Assembly: GCF_006345805.1 (NCBI RefSeq)
Contig: NW_021835735.1
Coordinates: 1 to 40,228, forward strand
Direction: 5' to 3'
DNA length: 40,228 nt
Origin: Octopus sinensis
Taxonomy: Eukaryota
Both the position numbers and the translations under genes were made by a program. The notes under the pieces were generated by a model. The model was not told the DNA's origin. It ran no database searches and saw only the letters and a list, made by a program, of their open reading frames with translations. Position 1 is the first letter of the stretch; each line of letters opens with the position of its first letter. Of the stretch, positions 35,646 through 40,228 are shown piece after piece.

Positions 35646-38600
35646 TATGTGTACGATTGTGTGTAATTGTGTGCGTTTGTGTATGTTTATGCATGCACGA
35701 GTATGTGTATGTGTGTGCATGTATCTTTGTGTGCATATGCATGAGCACGAATGCGTCCATCACAGACACTACCTCTTCTCTTCCATGCTTTTTCGCTAAA
35801 CAATTCCCTGTTATCTTAACCGCTACCACCTCCTGTTATGATATACCAACCTGCTTACCAGAATATGATCACTGCATAATATTCATTTATAATACGAAAT
35901 AAGTGTGTCAGCTGGATTAGGTAACATGTGAACAAGATTGCTCAACACTGACAATGGGCGTGGCTATATATGTGTATGCGTTTGTATGTGATAAGTGAGA
36001 GTATTAGTATATATCTACTGGCATATGTGCGTAGTAACATGTACAAATTTATTGAACGAATTAGTTTACATTTTTATGAAATTCTGTATTTGACGAAAAG
36101 CCGCGTGGAAAAACTGAGGCAAACTAATGCAATAACTGTAACGAACAATGCCCCAACCACAAATTCTGTTGAGAAACACCAACATAAAACTCAATCAGAC
36201 TGGTGTTGTTAATTTGCCGTCTGTATTATATATTTACCACAAAATTAGTCCCCCACAGCTAGGTAGTAATACCGACTCACCTCCTCATATCTTTTTCAAT
36301 GGAAATCAGTATAACTACGAGTGTAAAATTATGTTAAAGAAAAGATTACTAAGTTCTGCTCTAACTTTTTAACGTATGTGAGTTCTACAAATATAAAGTT
36401 ACATGTGAGCAAACAGATTTTTCTTGAATGAACAATATTTATAACAAAACATGAGAAATGTTGCTACTTCTATAGGAAGCCATATGAAAGAAAATCTTGC
36501 AAAAGGCATAATAATCTATGTTACCGAATATATCGTTTCGGTTAGATTTCATTTATTTTCACTTATTTCTTGTCATATGATTTTTCTTTGGCTAGTCTAG
36601 TGCAGTGTACTTGCTCTGAGGCTGATGCTGCTTAAGTGTAACGTCTTTGTAAATATGTCAATTGATTTGACTTAGCCACAAAATAAAATTAGATATTTTG
36701 TAACATACATACAAGTACGACTCTCTCTAGTTGGTTTATAAGACAAGGCTATTATACCGAATTATAAGACAGTTCCCGAAAACGAATTATATTGCAGTGC
36801 ATTCGATAACTGTCATTCCTTTTAATATTTTTTTCTGGTGCACTTCTGCCGCACTAACATGACAAAAAGAATAATTACAAACAACAGCCTATTTATCGCT
36901 CTAACATTAGTGACCTCGTAGTTACCACTACTTCTGCAGCTGGTACACATCTTTTCCCCAATTCCCAAGTACTGCGTCCATATCCATGGCAAACAAATTT
37001 CAATATGTAGCAGCAACATCGTCAACCCGACTGTCACTGACATCGTCATTAACACCATTATCATCATCGTCTACTTCTGCATGCTAGTACCACCTCCGTC
37101 AACATAGATAATATAAGAAATAATTTTTTCTCTCTTTTAAACATCTGCTAACGTTAGAACGCCACTAAATTTTCTTACTGCACGGGCATGAGTTTATCCC
37201 GTCAGGGCTTGTACACAAGGCTAGATGCTGGCTCACAAGGGAGAGGAAAAAAACACACCCTCATCAGCTTGATAAATATACCTAAAAGAAAGATCATATT
37301 AAATACTGCTGGCAGCAGCAACCGCTCTCGAAAAATGCAATAGTAGATACGTAAACCAAATTTCCGTTCCTTTATAAAAACTTGCATTAATAATGAATGG
37401 GTCACCGAGGAAGAATGGGTCATAGCGAAAATTAGACACGTTACCAAATAATTCTGTTAATTTGCCAAATGGCATAGGAGCACTGTATAATCTATTGATC
37501 GACGAAACAAATTTCTTGATAACTATGTCAAAAATATGGTGGCCATTCTAATGAATCAACACTATTCTCTCTACAGTAGTCCAGATGCGGTTGACTTTGA
37601 CAATATTCCTGAAGTATATCACAAAACATAACATTTAGTACAGCGGATAATCTTTTCGGCAATTAATAAAATTAATGAAAATCATTTATATTTAGCAGCC
37701 GTCGCCGATAGAATCCTTGCTCATACCATCCAAACCTGCAGGGTACAACTTACTTCTTCTTTACCAAATAACTGAAAGAATTCCCTGGGCTCAAATTTTA
37801 CACCTACCTATTTTATGTTCAATACTGTTATATCAGTTTTAATGTTTTTTTTTTGTTTTTTTTTTGAAGAAATAAGTTACTCGCTCTGAATTTCTGCTTT
37901 GTATTAGTAACGCTTCAACTTGTGTCGTTTTTGATTTCCAGGGACTGGGGCAAGGATTTTGGGAAAATTCAAAGGAGTTCTATTTCAATTGTCATAACTT
38001 TCTGATAGATGGGTATGTCTTAATAAATATTTCAACAACTTACCTATCAAAGTGTGTAGCTTACGATTATATCGGTATTTGAAATGAAAAAAAATGGTGA
38101 GCATGCACAAAAACAAGCTGACACACATCATTTCCTGTTTCAAGTTTTATTTTCGTAGATACATATCATCTAGGTCAGTGTTTATGAACGAGAGCCCACT
38201 AACGTCTATATATGCGTGCATGTGTGTGTATGTATGTTTGTGTCTATGTGTGTGTGTGTGTGTGTGTGGTGTGTGTGTGTAGATACAGAGAATGCTATAT
38301 CTATATCTATCTATCTATCTATATATCTCTCTCTATATATATGCAGAGAGTGTGTGTGTTAGAGAGAGATAAAGAGATAGGTAGATAGATAAATGGGTAC
38401 ATACATACGTACTTACATGCATACATACCTACATACATACGTATATATTTAATAATAGACATTATCTGAAAGTTTCAGAATACACATTTTTCTACGTTAC
38501 GAGGAAGCAAATTCGCGATAGGGGCACACATCTGTTTTATGCATTCTGATTAAAGAATCAAAAAGTATTAGCACACTGCTGAACGAGGCAAACCTTGAAC

Positions 38601-38939
38601 AAATGTTGTATGGAAATATTCTTTAATTGCGAGAGAACTTTTTTAGCGTGAAATACTATCAGAGATTTTGGTGTTGAGCACCCATCGAAATATAATCGTT
38701 TTGGCCCACAAAATATTCTCATGGACCATTCAACTAATCTTCGTTTCCTCTACGTTAGCTACGTCTCACCTACTTTTCGGCTATCCACTGTGCTCTCCGT
38801 CTACAAAAAACCAAAACGATGCCAAGAAAATCATTAAGAGATTTGCACCCAATAATTGCTGAAAATTCCGAAATCAAAATTGGCAGTCTCAAATTAACAA
38901 GCGGACATTGATTTATTTCAGCGGTGCTACACCACGAAG

Positions 38940-39110
38940 ATTGCATCAGTGGAACAGCTGAGCTACTGGGAGATACTGAAAGAGTTCCGACACTCTGCAC
39001 TGGTGTAAAGCGAGTTAGAAGTAGCGCTTAATTCCTGTTTTATGGTCGATATGCATGACTTTCTCGGTGGGAGATATTTTGACTCCTAATTCTTGTTTTA
39101 TAGTTTGGGG
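38940..39110 (+). mobile_element. Possible hAT C-terminal dimerisation-domain remnant
   Basis: Across frameshifts LSYWEILKE / RVPTLCTGVKRVRSSA / LFSVGDILTPN resembles LxWW..RFPTL..A+++LS.PA+S...ERLFS.AG.ILTP.R. Confidence 0.4.
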
Positions 39111-39363
39111 TATCAAACAGTACTAACATGATAAATGATCAAGATTTAGTAACTTTCAAAACTGTCAGTAATATCCTGCACAATAAGAAAGGCATAACTT
39201 CCCAGGATCGGGGCACTATTTATGACTCACCCTATACAGAAGATTTTGAAAGGATCGGCACTAAACTTTGGCGTAGATAATTATACCAGTCCCAGAACTG
39301 GATCATGTACTGCAATGGCTTGGAATGCAAACGCCCAGAGCTATTTAATATCTTGTAAGAGAT

Positions 39364-39365
<2 letters not shown>

Positions 39366-39414
<49 letters not shown>

Positions 39415-39760
39415 ATCCTGCTGCTGCTACTACTAGTGCTACTGCTGCTTCTGTTGCTACTACCACTACTACTACTACTACTGCTGCTGCTGCTACAACT
39501 ACTACAAATCCTGCTGCTGCTGCTGCTGCTATTACTAGTGCTACTGCTGCTGCTGTTGCTATTACTACCACTACTGCTGCTACTACTACTAATCCTGCTG
39601 TTGCTACTACTAGTACTACTGCTGCTGCTACTACTACTACTGCTACTACTACTACTACTACTATCACCACTATCCAACCACTGACTAAGCGTTACCGCTG
39701 CTTTTTGTGAGACTGACAAGGCCAGGACTACGGCACCACTACCGTTGCTGCTACTACTAC
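39366..39760. repeat. (ACT)n/(GCT)n trinucleotide compound repeat with recurring AATCCTGCTG
   Basis: Direct reading of the sequence. Confidence 0.95.
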
Positions 39761-40228
39761 TAGACACTCCTTTATATCAACAATGTCTGTAAGGAACAGA
39801 AGACAACTGCTTCAAATAAAACTTTTACTTCTACTATTACGACCCAATTGCCACCAGGAGAGAGAAACAACCAGCCTTATGTGAATTTTGTAAAGAAAAA
39901 CCATTCAAATATATAAAATTGATAACATGAAAATTTTATTAAATATTTTCAGTTTAATTCATTTTCTTCTACAGCATGATTGAATTGACTTAAATCAATT
40001 GAAACCAGTAGACTGTTTTCACAAAAATTGAAATATTCCCTTTTTTTTATCAAGATATTTTATCAAAGTATTTTCTTCTGTTATTTTTGTGCTATATATA
40101 TTTACTCGAACACACACAAAAAAAACATACATAATATATATATATATATATAATATATATATATATAATATATATCTATATATAAATATATATATATATA
40201 ATATACACGTATATGGGAGGATGTATTC

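Noticed and set aside
36950-37110. Acidic stretch on the minus strand (EVDDDDNGVNDDVSDS) like a piggyBac N-terminus
   Set aside because: Explained equally well by a degenerate (CAT)n repeat; no downstream transposase motifs.
39222-39710. Thr/Ala-rich mucin-like ORF with a short Cys-containing N-terminus
   Set aside because: Most of it is an (ACT)/(GCT) simple repeat that is open in several frames on both strands. There is no signal peptide or convincing splice context, and the upstream sequence looks like a hAT remnant. RNA-seq would be needed to revive it.

Overview
AT-rich, microsatellite-dense animal genomic DNA; the SINE repertoire looks like Octopus/coleoid cephalopod (inferred from recalled repeat families, not from a database search). 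No host protein-coding exon can be supported: nearly all ORFs in the track are translations of (AT)n, (CA)n, (TATG)n, (CT)n or (ACT)n repeats. The window is a transposon graveyard. It holds a young 5'-truncated CR1-type LINE (4343-6280, five 1-bp deletions, no stops), two HERO/R2-group RLE retrotransposon fragments, remnants of L2/Crack, mariner, Chapaev3-like and hAT elements, two tRNA-derived SINE families (one forming 184-bp tandem multimers) and a 1.14-kb tandem duplication. The most notable signal is a set of type I hammerhead ribozyme (HHR) motifs from several unrelated short Penelope-like repeat families. One HHR (25581-25644) has a fully intact core and all three stems and sits inside a 255-bp unit bounded by 40-bp inverted repeats. 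A second (18302-18347) sits in the loop of a ~55-bp inverted repeat.
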